DNA of 64,000 nt. It comes from Amphiscolops sp. MND2022 (lineage: Eukaryota). The stretch spans positions 86,490,001 to 86,554,000 of the forward strand of contig OZ076410.1 in assembly GCA_964187785.1 (NCBI GenBank), read 5' to 3'. The stretch's first letter is position 1. Each line of letters starts with the position of its first letter. The notes under the pieces were generated by a model, which saw nothing but the letters and a program-made list of their open reading frames with translations, was not told the origin of the DNA and made no database searches. This document shows, one piece after another, positions 23,310-37,588 of the stretch. The position numbers were made by a program, and so were the translations under genes.

Positions 23310-25520
23310 ATGTTTTACACTGACCGCCACTCAAAACTACTGACCAACCTTCTCCTCTACTCCCACTTCCTTCTTTCTGATGATACTGATCATCGTCTGA
23401 ACACCGCTCAAATTTTCAGAAAAAGCCCTAAAAATCTTATCTATAACGAAACTGTTCCTCTTCGGTTTGAAACAAACACTGAAGATATTTATACAAAACC
23501 TCTCATACGTGAACATCACGACTCAAACTTTTACTACATTTACACACGCTCCTTAGCTGAAACTGCTGGTGAACACTCTTTTTCAATTCTTTTCACTTCT
23601 CTTCTTAATCCAAAAGGAACGTTTCGGAAAAACTTATCTGACTTTCTAATAATTTTATTCATATAGCTCATGTTTTCACCTCCTTTTTGTGCTTCCCAAT
23701 TTTGAACAAGTTCGAACTATTGAAGATAATCATCATCATTGTCTCATTACTGGTATTCTTCAAATTCACAACTTCCATTACCAATTCTTCCAAAACCTTA
23801 TCTTAAATAGAAACACCAAAGAACAAATTGGAATATACTCTCACTTTCTTAGAAACTATTTCGACATAACTACAAACTTGTTTGGGACTCCAGGTTCACT
23901 TGACGCTTGTATTAATTTCCCATTACAATTTTTTCAAGATGAGTTCCTACCTTTTCTTGCTACCTCTGACAATCGTCATCCTCATTTCTATAATCTTCTT
24001 GACTTCCCTGTTGCTCGTTTTACCCATCTCACAATTGATAATCATAGTATTGATAAAAGTCTTGCACTTCATCCATCTGTTAGACCATATGCAAAACATA
24101 CTCCACAACTTCCTTCTATTGACACTACTTCTGATGTTTCTTTACAAACTCATCCTTCCTCCTGTAATGTTTTAGTATATACTCACAAGAATGGTAATAC
24201 TCCTCCAAAGATTAATCCTCTCCTCCTCATTCTTTCAATAACCCCATTACTACTCAACCTTTAAATTCTCAATCACCACACCAATATAAAACTCCTTCTA
24301 ACACCCCTACCACAAATGCTATTACTACCCAACCCTTTATATCTCAAATTCATCAAACTATCCTCTATCTTCTTTCAACCCCCTACTCTCCCACCTAACC
24401 CTCTCACACCAACTACTTCTACCTTCCCTTTTCTTTCACCTTCTTCTCAACATACTTCGTCAGATTTTTAAATTACTCCATCTGTTTCTTTTGCCGTTCT
24501 CTCTGATCGCATCAAACGTTTTGATGGTTTATGTCACACTTGCATTCGTGAAGCGTTTTTAGCTCACCTCACGCGTAACTAATCAACTTGGACCTCAACC
24601 CCTTGATATTCAATCATATTTAACATGGCACTCAGGACGTATGTCTCTTCTTTGATAATCCCTCACAGAAACTGCTGCTAATAATTATGATCGCATTCCC
24701 CAAGTTTACAAAATTGATTGGTCTTTTTACCTCCAAGTTTCAAAAACAATTCTTTTCTCGAAAACATGCAAACCATGCTCAACTGGAAGCCCTTTCCCGT
24801 GATAAAAATATAAACTTCATTTTGAAAAATATTGTTCCTTTTGCCATAAAATATATCACACTGTTTCCACTTGTCATCGTAGACTCACTATGCCTAAAGA
24901 ATTTAAACCTCAATCAAAATCACCTACTCCCTCTTTCTATCAACATTTTAAAACACCGTCCAATAAATATAATCTTCAAAGTCCGCGTTATCGTAGTCGT
25001 AGTATCCACTATCGATAATTCTCTGCGAATCTCAATATAAACCTTGTTCTCAATCACGCTAAAATTTTCGTTCATAATATCCTTAAAAACACTCTCCTAT
25101 GAAATATACTCTTGTATGAGCGTAACCGACCTCGCTATATCCAAGAATATAGAAAATCTTCTTCACGAACATATGATCCTTCTCGCTCATTTTACAATTC
25201 TATATCCTCTCGTTGCCCATATAAAAATTACCCTCGTTCTCGTGAACGCTTCTCTAGTTGTAAAATCTCCTCTTTTAGACGATACAAATCATCATATAGT
25301 TCTCCTTCTAAATCACGTACTGATCGCTATAGAAGTCGATCAGACTCAAAGTCTAAAAACTACTCCAACTATTATTACAAACCCACTGTTAATCTCACTC
25401 AACAACCAACTTCACTAATTCACAGTCCCCCTCCTCAGAATCTAAATCCGAAATTAATATTATCACCCAAACCTCTCTTCCTGGTCACAATTTTCTACTC
25501 TTTCAACTATTCTTGCTAAT
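23310..25520 (+). pseudogene. gag: Gypsy B gag (fragmented), including RS-rich segment 25112..25519
   Basis: ILQIHNFHYQFFQNLILN is homologous to gypsy A ILQIKQFQYRLFQSIILN. RIKRFDGL…FLAHL capsid start, KFQKQFFSRKHANHAQLEALS, and YERNRPRY…RSRSDSKS. Confidence 0.8.
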
Positions 25521-26596
25521 GCTATCACTCCTTCTACATTGTTTCTTGTTCTATATATTTTCAAGTCACCTGAAGACGCCTCTTTACCCTCTAAATTAGA
25601 GTTTTTATTCCTGCTGGACAGCGGTGCCTGCATTTGTGAGTTATTTTTATCAACTTTTACAAATTTAGTGGATCACTTTCTTAAATGTTCAAAATCCACT
25701 CCCGAAAACAATGATTTCAAAACTTTAACTGTTGCCTTTAAGGCGGAAGTTCCTATATCATTTAATATGATTCTAACACTCCATACTTCCATCCAGGGCA
25801 GTACTCGCACACTTGTCATCCCGTTTACAATATTCTTCGAACTCCTATGAAATATACTCTTGTATGAGCGTAACCGACCTCGCTATATCCAAGAATATAG
25901 AAAATCTTCTTCACGAACATATGATCCTTCTCGCTCATTTTACAATTCTATATCCTCTCGTTGCCCATATAAAAATTACCCTCGTTCTCGTGAACGCTTC
26001 TCTAGTTGTAAAATCTCCTCTTTTAGACGATACAAATCATCATATAGTTCTCCTTCTAAATCACGTACTGATCGCTATAGAAGTCGATCAGACTCAAAGT
26101 CTAAAAACTACTCCAACTATTATTACAAACCCACTGTTAATCTCACTCAACAACCAACTTCACTAATTCACAGTCCCCCTCCTCAGAATCTAAATCCGAA
26201 ATTAATATTATCACCCAAACCTCTCTTCCTGGTCACAATTTTCTACTCTTTCAACTATTCTTGCTAATGCTATCACTCCTTCTACATTGTTTCTTGTTCT
26301 ATATATTTTCAAGTCACCTGAAGACGCCTCTTTACCCTCTAAATTAGAGTTTTTATTCCTGCTGGACAGCGGTGCCTGCATTTGTGAGTTATTTTTATCA
26401 ACTTTTACAAATTTAGTGGATCACTTTCTTAAATGTTCAAAATCCACTCCCGAAAACAATGATTTCAAAACTTTAACTGTTGCCTTTAAGGCGGAAGTTC
26501 CTATATCATTTAATATGATTCTAACACTCCATACTTCCATCCAGGGCAGTACTCGCACACTTGTCATCCCGTTTACAATATTCTTCGAACTCCTAT
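25094..26596. repeat. 748-bp tandem duplication (RS domain + protease)
   Basis: CTCCTAT at 25094, 25842 and 26590 is a 7-nt junction microhomology. The translated ORFs are identical between copies. Confidence 0.95.
25539..25850 (+). pseudogene. pol: Gypsy B aspartic protease with intact DSG (duplicate 26287..26604)
   Basis: EFLFLLDSGACI. Confidence 0.85.
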
Positions 26597-28923
26597 TTTT
26601 ATAAAATATGTAAATCCGCTCAAAATTGAACACATGTCTCTTCCATTTAATACATCACGTGACTCTCACGTCAATACCTTTCCTTCTACTGGGCTCACCA
26701 AAATTCTACCCTTAGTTCTCTTACATTTACACAATCAAATTTGAGAAGAAAATTAATTTAAACACAACGTTTCTCAAGTTATCCACTTTCCAATTCAAGC
26801 GACCCTTCCTTTAATTTTCAAAACTTCTGAGAATGAAATTATATTTCGTTCATTTCCACATCCATATTTTAACACTCGCTTTTACTCTACTTTTAACTTA
26901 TTCCAAGTTTTCCAAAAAACTAAAACTGAACCCAACGGTTGTTCTGTTATATTTCAACAGATTACTCATCACTCTGCCATCCTCAGGATACATTGGCTAT
27001 GTTGACGATGCTGCCACTAAAATTATACCACTACACTATAAAGTTAAATATGATAACTCTCTAATCCATACTGTAATTCATTCATACTATCCAGATCTCT
27101 CAGAACCCAAACGTCATATTCATAGTTCCTCACTCCAAAAAAAACAATATTGCAATGCTACTCATCGTAACGATGTTGGTAAAAGAGCCCTACCTTTTGG
27201 AATTCGCTTCAAACCTAATGCTAAACTCCAAACTTAAATGTCCACTAAAGTAACCGAACACTGCTTGCTTTTTAGATTAAAAGGACTGTATCTTGACTTA
27301 GTAGAATCCACTGATCCCGAATTGCACTTTTTGGTTGTCTCCTAACACGTCCAAATCTCCACAAGATGAGAGTAACTAACTTAGTCGCCCTTAGTCTTTG
27401 GCGAAAAGTCGAAAAGAGGTGAAGAAATGAATTGAGAATTGATGTAGTCCTGAGACCCTTTTTGGCTATAGGTATTCAGTCGTTAAAATCCTTATCTAGT
27501 GATGGTATAATTCTGGTTACAATTCAACAGTAAATATACATCGAAATGTGTTGTAAAACTAAATGACATTGAAAGCATAATATGAAGGTATTGACTAAGT
27601 AAACAAACAATGTGGTGGTTTTGGCATGTTAGTCAGGTGGGCTAGATAGTATGTTTACACAATGTAATTATTATTGATTTCAACAGAGTTACATTTCCTT
27701 CAAGGTCATATGAGAAAATCACATAATAACGTGTATGGCAAAAACGGGTTTTCATGGGGTCCGTCCTAGGTCACTTTGGGTGTTAATTGCTCGGAACCCA
27801 GGGGAGATACGGGGTAGGGTGTTTCTAGTGAAACGTTAGGGTAACACCACTACTATATATGTGTTAAGTTTCGAAGTGATTGAATGTGTGGTTCATCCGA
27901 ACGGGGGTTGGCCAATTTTTGGGATGCCCTATTTCTGGTGAAACTTATAAAGTTTCAAACTTAAATCTTGACATTTTTTCGAAGTGTTTTGAGTTATCAT
28001 AGCTTTATCACAACTCCTAATAATCACCTTTAAATAATCCTCTCAATCACTTGTTTTCATCCTCTCTTCTTTTTCCACTGCCAATACGTACTTCATAAAC
28101 TCCTCCGTGGTTTTCACCCACTTCATATTGAATATTCTATACTCCCTGATATAAACTTAGACCGACTTTGGGTAATGTTTTACACTGACCGCCACTCAAA
28201 ACTACTGACCAACCTTCTCCTCTACTCCCACTTCCTTCTTTCTGATGATACTGATCATCGTCTGAACACCGCTCAAATTTTCAGAAAAATGCCTAAAAAT
28301 CTTATCTATAACGAAACTGTTCTTCTTCGGTTTGAAACAAACACTGAAGATATTTATACAATACCTCTCATACGTGAACATCACGACTCAAACTTTTACT
28401 ACATTCACACACACTCCTTAGCCAAAACTGCTGGTGAACACTCTTTTTCAATTCTTTTCACTTCTCTTCTTAATCCAAATGGAACGTTTCTGAAAAGCAT
28501 CTGTCTTTCTAATAATTATATTCATATAGCTCATGTTTTCACCTCCTTTTTGTGCTTCCCAATTTTGAACAAGTTCGAACTGTTGAAGATAATCATCATA
28601 TTGTCTCACTACTGGTAGTCTTCAAATTCACAACTTCCAATGCCAATTCTTTCAAAACTTTATCTTAAATAGAGACACCAAAGAACAAGTTGGAAAATAC
28701 TCTCACTTTCTTAGAAACTATTTCGACATAACTACAAACTTGTTTGGGACTCCAAATTCCCTTGACGCTTGTATTAATTTCCCATCACAATTTTCTCAAG
28801 ATGAGTTCCTGCTTTTTCTTGCTACCTCTGACAATCGTCATCCTCATTTCTATAATCTTCTTGACTTCCCTGTTGCTCGTTTTACCCATGTCACAATTGA
28901 TAATCATAGTATTGATAAAAGTC

Positions 28924-31900
28924 TTGCACTTCATCCATCTGGTAGACCATATGCAAAACATACTCCTCAACTTCCTTCTATTGACACTACTTCTGATGTT
29001 TCTTTACAAACTCATCCTTCCTCCTGTAATGTTTTAGTATATACTCACAAGATTGGTAATACTCCTTCTAACACTCCTACCACAAATGCTATTACTACCC
29101 AACCCTCTAAATCTCAAATTCATCAAACTATCCTCTATCTTCTTTTCAACCCCCTACTCTCCCTCCTAACCCTCTCACACCAACTACTTCCACCTTCCCT
29201 TTTCTTCCATCTTCTTCTCAACATACTTCGTCAGATTTTTAAATGACTCCATCTGTTCCTTTTGCCGTTCTCTCTGATCGCATCAAACGATTTGATGGTT
29301 TATATCACACTTACATTCGTGAATCGTTTTTAGCTCACCTCACGCGTAACTATTCAACTTGGACCTCAACCCCTTGATATTCAATGATATTTAACATGGC
29401 ACTCAGGACGTATGTCTCTTCTTTAATAACTCCTCACAGGAACTGCCGCTAATAATTATGATCGCATTCCCCAAGTTTAAAAAAACGATTGGTCTTTTTA
29501 CCTCCAAGTTTCAAAAACAATTCCTTTCTCAAAAACATGCAAACCATGCTCAACTGGAAGCCCTTTCCCGTGATAAAAATATAAACTTCAATTTGAAAAA
29601 TATTTTTCATTTTGCCATAAAAAATATCACACTGTTTCCACTTGTCATCGTAGACTCACTATGCTTAAAGAATTTAAACCTCAGTCAAAATCACCTACTC
29701 CCTCTTTCTATCAACATTTTAAAACACCGTCCAATAAATATAATCCTCAAAGTCCGCGTTATCGTAGTCGTAGTATCCACTATCGATAATTCTCTGCGAA
29801 TCTCAATATAAACCTTGTTCTCAATCACGCTAAAATTTTCGTTCATAATATCCTTATAAACACTCTCCTATGAAATATACTCTTGTATGAGCGTAACCGA
29901 CCTCGCTATATCCAAGAATATAGAAAATCTTCTTCACGAACATATGATCCTTCTCGCTCATATTACAATTCTATATCCTCTCGTTGCCCATATAAAAATT
30001 ACCCTCGTTCTCGTGAACGCTTCTCTAGTTGTAAAATCTCCTCTTTTAGACGATACAAATCACCATATAGTTCTCCTTCTAAATCTCGTACTGATCGCTA
30101 TAGAAGTCGATCAGACTCAAAGTCTAAAAATTACTCCAACTATTATTACAAACCCACTGTTAATCTCACTCAACAACCAACTTCACTAATTCACAGTCCC
30201 CCTCCACAGAATCTAAATCCGAAATTAATATTATCACCCAAACCTCTCTTCCTGATCACAAATTTCTACTCTTTCAACTATTCTTGCTAATGCTATCACT
30301 CCTTCTACAATGTTTCTTGTTCTATATATTTGTGAGTTATTTTTATCCACTTTCACAAATTTAGTGGATCACTTTCTTAAATGTTCAAAATCCACTCCCG
30401 AAAACAATGATTTCAAAACTTTAACCGTTGCCTTCAAGGCTGAAGTTCCTGTATCATTTAATATGATTCTCACACTCCATACTTCCATCCAGGGCAGTAC
30501 TCGCACACTTGTAATCCCGTTTACAATATTCTTCGAACTCCTATTTTTAAAAAATATGTAAAATCGCTCAAAATTGAACACATGTCTCTTCCATTTAATA
30601 CATCACGTGACTCTCACGTCAATACATTTCCTTCTACTGGGCTCACCAAAATTGTACCCTTAGTTCTCTTTTATTTACACAATCAAATTTGGGAAGAAAT
30701 TAAATTTAAACACAACGTTTCTCAAGTTATCCACTTTCCAATTCTTGCACTTCATCCATCTGGTAGACCATATGCAAAACATACTCCTCAACTTCCTTCT
30801 ATTGACACTACTTCTGATGGTGCTTTACAAACTCATCCTTCCTCCTGTAATGTTTTAGTATATACTCACAAGATTGGTAATACTCCTTCTAACACTCCTA
30901 CCACAAATGCTATTACTACCCAACCCTCTATATCTCAAATTCATCAAACTATCCTCTATCTTCTTTTCAACCCCCTACTCTCCCTCCTAACCCTCTCACA
31001 CCAACTACTTCCACCTTCCCTTTTCTTCCACCTTCTTCTCAACATACTTCGTCAGATTTTTAAATGACTCCATCTGTTCCTTTTGCCGTTCTCTCTGATC
31101 GCATCAAACGATTTGATGGTTTATATCACACTTACATTCATGAATCGTTTTTAGCTCACCTCACGCGTAACTATTCAACTTCGACCCCAACCCCTTGATA
31201 TTCAATGATATTTAACATGGCACTCAGGACGTATGTCTCTTCTTTAATAACTCCTCACAGGAACTGCCGCTAATAATTATGATCGCATTCCCCAAGTTTA
31301 AAAAAACGATTGGTCTTTTTACCTCCAAGTTTCAAAAACAATTCCTTTCTCAAAAACATGCAAACCATGCTCAACTGGAAGCCCTTTCCCGTGATAAAAA
31401 TATGAACTTCAATTTGAAAAATAATTTTCATTTTGCCATAAAAAATATCACACTGTTTCCACTTGTCATCGTAGACTCACTATGCTTAAAGAATTTAAAC
31501 CTCAATCAAAATCACCTACTCCCTCTTTCTATCAACATTTTAAAACACCGTCCAATAAATATAATCCTCAAAGTCCGCGTTATCGTAGTCGTAGTATCCA
31601 CTATCGATAATTCTCTGCGAATCTCAATATAAACCTTGTTCTCAATCACGCTAAAATTTTCGTTCATAATATCCTTATAAACACTCTCCTATGAAATATA
31701 CTCTTGTATGAGCGTAACCGACCTCGCTATATCCAAGAATATAGAAAATCTTCTTCACGAACATATGATCCTTCTCGCTCATATTACAATTCTATATCCT
31801 CTCGTTGCCCATATAAAAATTACCCTCGTTCTCGTGAACGCTTCTCTAGTTGTAAAATCTCCTCTTTTAGACGATACAAATCACCATATAGTTCTCCTTC

Positions 31901-34387
31901 TAAATCTCGTACTGATCGCTATAGAAGTCGATCAGACTCAAAGTCTAAAAATTACTCCAACTATTATTACAAACCCACTGTTAATCTCACTCAACAACCA
32001 ACTTCACTAATTCACAGTCCCCCTCCACAGAATCTAAATCCGAAATTAATATTATCACCCAAACCTCTCTTCCTGATCACAAATTTCTACTCTTTCAACT
32101 ATTCTTGCTAATGTTATCACTCCTTCTACAATGTTTCTTGTTCTATATATTTGTGAGTTATTTTTATCCACTTTCACAAATTTAGTGGATCACTTTCTTA
32201 AATGTTCAAAATCCACTCCCGAAAACAATGATTTCAAAACTTTAACCGTTGCCTTCAAGGCTGAAGTTCCTGTATCATTTAATATGATTCTCACACTCCA
32301 TACTTCCATCCAGGGCAGTACTCGCACACTTGTAATCCCGTTTACAATATTCTTCGAACTCCTATTTTTAAAAAATATGTAAAATCGCTCAAAATTGAAC
32401 ACATGTCTCTTCCATTTAATACATCACGTGACTCTCACGTCAATACATTTCCTTCTACTGGGCTCACCAAAATTGTACCCTTAGTTCTCTTTTATTTACA
32501 CAATCAAATTTGGGAAGAAATTTAATTTAAACACAACGTTTCTCAAGTTATCCACTTTCCAATTCTTGCACTTCATCCATCTGGTAGACCATATGCAAAA
32601 CATACTCCTCAACTTCCTTCTATTGACACTACTTCTGATGTTTCTTTACAAACTCATCCTTCCTCCTGTAATGTTTTAGTATATACTCATAAGATTGGTA
32701 ATACTCCTTCTAACACTCCTACCACAAATGCTATTACTACCCAACCCTCTATATCTCAAATTCATCAAACTATCCTCTATCTTCTTTTGAACCCCCTACT
32801 CTCCCTCCTAACCCTCTCACACCAACTACTTCCACCTTCCCTTTTCTTCCACCTTCTTCTCAACATACTTCGTCAAATTTTTAAATGACTCCATCTGTTC
32901 CTTTTGCCGTTCTCTCTGATCGCATCAAACGATTTGATGGTTTATATCACACTTACATTCGTGAATCGTTTTTAGCTCACCTCACGCGTAACTATTCAGT
33001 TTGGACCTCAACCCCTTGATATTCAATGATATTTAACATGGCACTCAGGACGTATGTCTCTTCTTTAATAACTCCTCACAGGAACTGCCGCTAATAATTA
33101 TGATCGCATTCCCCAAGTTTAAAAAAAACGATTGGTCTTTTTACCTCCAAGTTTCAAAAACTATTCCTTTCTCAAAAACATGCAAACCATGCTCAACTGG
33201 AAGCCCTTTCCCGTGATAAAAATATAAACTTCAATTTGAAAAATATTTTTCATTTTGCCATAAAAAACATCACACTGTTTCCACTTGTCATCGTAGACTC
33301 ACTATGCTTAAAGAATTTAAACCTCAATCAAAATCACCTACTCCCTCTTTCTATCAACATTTTAAATCACCGTCCAATAAATATAATCCTCAAAGTCCGC
33401 GTTATCGTAGTCGTAGTATCCACTATCGATAATTCTCTGCGAATCTCAATATAAACCTTGTTCTCAATCACGCTAAAATTTTCGTTCATAATATCCTTAT
33501 AAACACTCTCCTATGAAATATACTCTTGTATGAGCGTAACCGACCTCGCTATATCCAAGAATATAGAAAATCTTCTTCACGAACATATGATCCTTCTCGC
33601 TCATATTACAATTCTATATCCTCTCGTTGCCCATATAAAAATTACCCTCGTTCTGGTGAACGCTTCTCTAGTTGTAAAATCTCCTCTTTTAGACGATACA
33701 AATCACCATATAGTTCTCCTTCTAAATCTCGTACTGATCGCTATAGAAGTCGATCAGACTCAAAGTCTAAAAATTACTCCAACTACTTTTACAAACCCAC
33801 TGGTAATCTCACTCAACAACCAACTTCACTAATTCACAGTCCCCCTCCACAGAATCTAAATCCGAAATTAATATTATCACCCAAACCTCTCTTCTTGATC
33901 ACAAATTTCTACTCTTTCAACTATTCTTGCTAATGTTATCACTCCTTCTACGATGTTTCTTGTTCTATATATTTGTGAGTTATTTTTATCCACTTTCACA
34001 AATTTAGTGGATCACTTTCTTAAATGTTCAAAATCCACTCCCAAAAACAATGATTTCAAAACTTTAACCGTTGCCTTCAAGGCTGAAGTTCCTGTATCAT
34101 TTAATATGATTCTCACACTCCATACTTCCATCCAGGGCAGTACTCGCACACTTGTAATCCCGTTTACAATATTCTTCGAACTCCTATTTTTAAAAAATAT
34201 GTAAAATCGCTCAAAATTGAACACATGTCTCTTCCATTTAATACATCACGTGACTCTCACGTCAATACATTTCCTTCTACTGGGCTCACCAAAATTGTAC
34301 CCTTAGTTCTCTTTTATTTACACAATCAAATTTGGGAAGAAATTTAATTTAAACACAACGTTTCTCAAGTTATCCACTTTCCAATTC
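28924..34387. repeat. 1821-bp tandem triplication (28924-30744, 30745-32565, 32566-34387)
   Basis: ORFs at 29883/31704/33526 and 30310/32131/33953. Junction CCAAT-TC-TTGCAC (2-nt microhomology) occurs twice. A few private SNPs per copy. Confidence 0.95.
30310..30561 (+). pseudogene. pol: Gypsy B protease lacking the catalytic DSG segment (75-bp in-frame deletion); also 32131 and 33953
   Basis: MFLVLYI|CELF versus MFLVLYIFKSPEDASLPSKLEFLFLLDSGACICELF. The deletion lies between ATTT repeats. Confidence 0.9.
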
Positions 34388-34739
34388 AAGCGACCCTTCC
34401 CTCAATTTTCAAAACTTCTGAGAATGAAATTCTATTTCGTTCATTTCCACATTCATATTTTAACACTCGCTTTAACTCTACTTTTAACTTCCTCCAAGTT
34501 TACCAAAAAACTAAAACTGAACCCAACGGTTGTTCTGTTATATTTCAACAGATTACTCATCACTCTGCCATCCTCTCACCAAGATACATTGGCTATGTTG
34601 AAGATGCTGCCACTAAAATTATACCACTACACTATAAAGATAAATATGATAACTCTCTAATCCATACTGTAATTCATTCATACTATCCAGATCTCTCAGA
34701 ACCCAAACGTCATATTCATAGTTCCTCACCCCAAAAAAC

Positions 34740-36860
34740 CAATAATGCAATGCTACTCATCGTAACGATGTTGGTAAAATAGCATTACCTTTTGGAATTC
34801 GCTTCAAACATAATGCTAAACTCCAAACTTAAATGTCCACTAAAGTAACCATTCACAATATAGAAAAATTAAAAAATCTACTCGATGAACTAGAAAAACA
34901 CAAAATTATTAGACAAATTGATTCCACCCCCTCAGATAAATCCATCTATGGTACAATTTTTTTGAATGCACTCAATCTTTTTCCTAAAGGTGATACCATT
35001 AAGGTCGTTCTATACTCTCGACATTTAAGCTGTAACACCAATCAATCTTTCGAATCCTGACCTATTGAATCTTTTGCTCCTCAACTCGCACACGGTAATT
35101 AAAAACTTAAAACTGCAATTGATCTCATGTACGCTTATGAACATGGCTTTTTAGATGAAGAAACAAATATCCTCACAAGTTTCTCACCTGGCAATAAACT
35201 ATATGCCTTTATTCGAGGTTTTTACGGTCTTGAAGGACTCCAATTTGTTTCACTAAAGAATTGTATTCCTTTTTCTCAAAACTCCTTGACCAACGCTTTG
35301 CACTTGTTTATTTTGACGACATCCTCCTCCTTGCTTATACCAAAAACATATGTTAGATTTGATTGAACAGTTTTATCAAATTTGTAGCTCCAAAAATCTT
35401 AAAATTGCTCCAAAAACATCATGTTATATCCTCCTCACTGTCAAATTTCTTGGACATGAAATTAGCAAGAATACTATTAAACCAATTGTTTTCTAAAATT
35501 GATGACATACACAAATTAAAACTCCTACTTCTAAAAAAGAACTAATGTGATGTATTGGTTCACTGAACCTCTACTCAAAATTTATAAATAAACTCCCCAT
35601 TTCACTCAAAGCGTTTTACACTTTCCTCCATGATGAAATTTCATTTGCATGGACTCCTGAATTAGAAAAACGATTCAACGAAATTAAAACCTCTCTCAAA
35701 ACATGCTGAACTCGCAGTTCCTAATACCTTTCACTCAAACCTTTCAACACACTCCTCTATGATGATATTTCATTTGCATCGACTCCAGAATTAGATAAAC
35801 CCATTATAGAAAATTAAACCTCTCTCGAAATATGATGAACCCGCAATTCCTAATACCACTCATCTTTTCTATATTACTGTTGACGCCTCTCTTATTGGTC
35901 TAGTTGCAATATTACTTCGACGCAACGCCGATTGCAAAATGCAAATTATATCTTATAACCCGTATTTTAACAACTCATGAATAATTTTGTAATCATTGAC
36001 GCTTTTAGTCATTTCGTTGTTACTAATTATGCACATCATATTTCCTCTAAATAAGCTTTTCAAACACTACTCCATCATTGGATCACTGAATTTGCCCTCC
36101 TCAATATCTCACAACTGATCGAGGTACTGAATATATTAACCAAGATATTGCTCATCTTTGTTCTCTCTAATTTTATTCATTATTCCATATTCACCTTGGA
36201 CAAATGGTTTAGTCGAAGAATAAAATCGTAATCTTGGAACTCATGTCCGCCTATTTTTACAACGTTCATCTGCTAATCGGTCTTTCCAAACCCAAATGCT
36301 TGTGCTCATAACACTACTTCTCTTTCTCAACCTAACATTTCTCCACATCAAATTGTTTTCCATACACAACTTCGTTTTTCCCTTAACTTTTTCTCTCAGT
36401 TTATAAGATGATTCTTCTAAAACTTGTATCGTGACTTTTTGTACTTCACTTCCACCTAATACTCATTATAGAAACCAAGATCTTAATCCTTTTTTCCACT
36501 CCATCCTCGATAAATCTATTTTTAAGGCTTTTAGCCGCTGAACATGCAATATTAGAAATATACTCAACTGTTCATCGTCACATAATTAACAAATTAATTT
36601 CACAAAACTCTACATTTGAAACAACTCATTTAAAACAACTCTTTCTTCAGACTTTTGTTGTTCACACTAACTTTAAACCTGTCTAATTTTTGAATATACT
36701 TGGCCGCTCCATCTTGGCCCATACAGAAATAATCAACATCTCTCAGATGTCACAAATGAGCTCATGTCACTAGATGGTTCTACTTTTCACACTCATCGCA
36801 ATCATATTTTGCCATACTACTTTAAAGTGCCTGTTATTGGTCCATATCTCGACATTATCA
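34740..36860 (+). pseudogene. pol: Gypsy B RT, RNase H and partly deleted integrase
   Basis: TAIDLMYAY and FYGLEGL…VYFDDILL (RT). YITVDASLIGL (RH). IIDAFSHF, TDRGTEYINQ and PWTNGLVE (IN core). HTHRNHILPYY at the end. Confidence 0.88.
35600..35857. repeat. Older, diverged 129-bp tandem duplication in the RT-RH connection
   Basis: TTCACTCAAA…CTAATACC repeated at 35601 and 35730 with many substitutions. Confidence 0.75.
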
Positions 36861-36869
36861 TTCCACTCC

Positions 36870-37091
36870 AGTAGTATAAAGAATGCCGATCCGTATCAAG
36901 TATACGGTTAATATAAGTAAATTTTCAATGCGAATCATCAAATATTAGCCGTTTTCCACGACCTAAAAACTTACTAACCTTACCTATTATTAACCTAACC
37001 TAACCAAAACCTAACATTTTTCTCGGACTAATAAAACTTAAAGTAGGCAATATTGCATGGCAAAACAGTCAAAATTAGTAATTTTACTACT
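36870..37091. mobile_element. 222-bp MITE-like insert with 7-bp terminal inverted repeat AGTAGTA...TACTACT and a TAACC run
   Basis: Termini seen directly. No TSD; the TIR is short. Confidence 0.35.
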
Positions 37092-37149
37092 ACAAATTAT
37101 CACACTTTAGCAGACAAACTAAAAATCGATAAGCAATTGTTTCCACTGA

Positions 37150-37570
37150 AAAATTCATCAACCAAGACATGTTCATGAAAATAACAACTAACAAATGAAA
37201 TACTTTGTTGTTGACAAATTTGAACTGAAAGATGCAGCAACTGTGAAAACAAACAAGAAAATTTAGTGTAAAAACAAGAGAAATCTTAGACATATTCAGA
37301 AATGAAATAAACACTCCGTATGGAGTGTACATGAGAAATGATCTCAATACCACTACTTCAGGTATAGTCATTTTTTCATCAAACTAAAGGAACACCCTGT
37401 GTTTGGTATACAAATAAATCTTCCTTCGATTCATATGGCTGCCCTCCTCCAGTAAACATAACATTAGCAGAGGCATTTATTCAGAATATCAAGTTTAGAA
37501 AAACGATAGTTATTGTGCGGCGTATTGTTTTGTATGTCTATTTCTATATCTATTAAACTTTGTAACCAAA
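37150..37570 (+). pseudogene. Polinton adenain-like cysteine protease
   Basis: TKGT(P)CVWYTNKSSFDSYGCPPP and SEYQV*KNDSYCAAYC. Catalytic His lost; Gln changed to a stop. Confidence 0.7.
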
Positions 37571-37588
37571 AATAAAAAAAAATCTCTT

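Larger units (their letters stand above)
22391..27255. repeat. 4865-bp tandem duplication unit 1 (unit 2 starts 27256): BEL leader/LTR + unclassified repeat + gypsy B gag-PR
   Basis: Junction TAAAGTA-ACC-GAACACTG has a 3-nt microhomology. Paired ORFs 23310/28175 and 24687/29458 differ by scattered substitutions. Confidence 0.92.
23130..36860 (+). mobile_element. Ty3/gypsy family B remnant with internal duplications
   Basis: Order gag-PR-RT-RH-IN. No LTRs seen. Confidence 0.88.

Noticed and set aside
36870-37091. AGTAGT start as the left TIR of the Polinton; TAACC run as telomeric repeat
   Set aside because: No matching inverted copy beyond pPolB, its partner lies only 222 bp away, and the TAACC run is too short and irregular.
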